A DNA stretch of 32,000 bases from Sulfolobus acidocaldarius DSM 639 (GTDB lineage: Archaea; Thermoproteota; Thermoprotei_A; Sulfolobales; Sulfolobaceae): assembly GCF_000012285.1 (NCBI RefSeq), contig NC_007181.1:450001-482000 (forward strand), read 5' to 3'. Positions 31,742 through 32,000 of the stretch are shown piece after piece; within the stretch, counting starts at the first letter, position 1, and each line of letters starts with the position of its first letter. The position numbers were made by a program, and so were the translations under genes. Below the pieces are notes generated by a model. It was not told the DNA's origin and made no database searches. It worked only from the letters and a program-made list of their open reading frames with translations.

Positions 31742-31826
31742 TTTTAGAATGTATATTTCTGATAGGAAAAAGAATTTTCGTCCCTTAAGTCCGTTTAGAA
31801 GCTAAAAATAATTTCAAAACCAATAA

Positions 31827-32000
31827 TCAAAATAGCTCTTCGACTTCCCTAAGATTATTTACTACATAATCAGCATAGAGTTCTGCGAACTTAACCTTAT
31901 TTTTTCTATCCACTAAGATGGATTTAAGACCAGCCTTCTTAGCGGCTAAACAGTCCTTTATAGGATCATCTCCAATCATTAGGCATTGAGATGAGAATAA
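31827..32000 (-). CDS. HAD-superfamily hydrolase, C-terminal 57 codons (N-terminus beyond the window end)
   Basis: Not in the ORF track (edge-truncated). Manual translation gives ...LFSSQCLMIGDDPIKDCLAAKKAGLKSILVDRKNKV...EVEELF*. MIGDDPIKD..AKKAG is HAD motif IV. Confidence 0.7.
   Translation of the reverse strand, partial: LFSSQCLMIGDDPIKDCLAAKKAGLKSILVDRKNKVKFAELYADYVVNNLREVEELF

Overview
This is an AT-rich crenarchaeal chromosome segment. The Y-family polymerase (1833..2897) and the adenylate kinase (12661..13245) match, as far as I can recall without a search, Dbh and AdkA of Sulfolobus acidocaldarius, so I treat the window as that organism or a very close relative. The left third (1..10 kb) holds mixed-strand housekeeping and RNA-metabolism genes: a TIP49 ATPase fragment, a PfkB kinase translationally coupled to dbh, rtcA, a Zn-ADH plus a divergent GS-like gene, a Trm5/Taw2-like transferase, an amidohydrolase-like gene, archaemetzincin and archease. 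This part also contains a small-RNA island with two intron-containing tRNAs (Gly-CCC, Phe-GAA), two canonical C/D box sRNA modules and one H/ACA-like hairpin; none of the five is in the ORF track. From about 31.7 kb down to 10.16 kb every gene is on the minus strand. That run comprises a hypothetical gene, leuB-like, ileS, a DUF171 SPOUT protein, the complete L3-to-L15 ribosomal protein cluster with the RNase P Rpp29 subunit embedded, then secY, adkA, a DUF106/Oxa1-like membrane protein, rpl34e and cmk. At the distal end of the run sits a tight three-gene operon of purely membrane proteins (78 aa, 260 aa and an untracked 52 aa). This trio is the most interesting element. Its architecture is a VirB2-like helical-hairpin mini-protein, a VirB6-like polytopic protein and a second two-TM mini-protein. 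Its position next to cmk fits what I recall as the CedA/CedA1/CedA2 membrane module of the crenarchaeal DNA-import (Ced) system, whose ATPase is encoded elsewhere. I saw no CRISPR array, IS element, integrase or rRNA gene.
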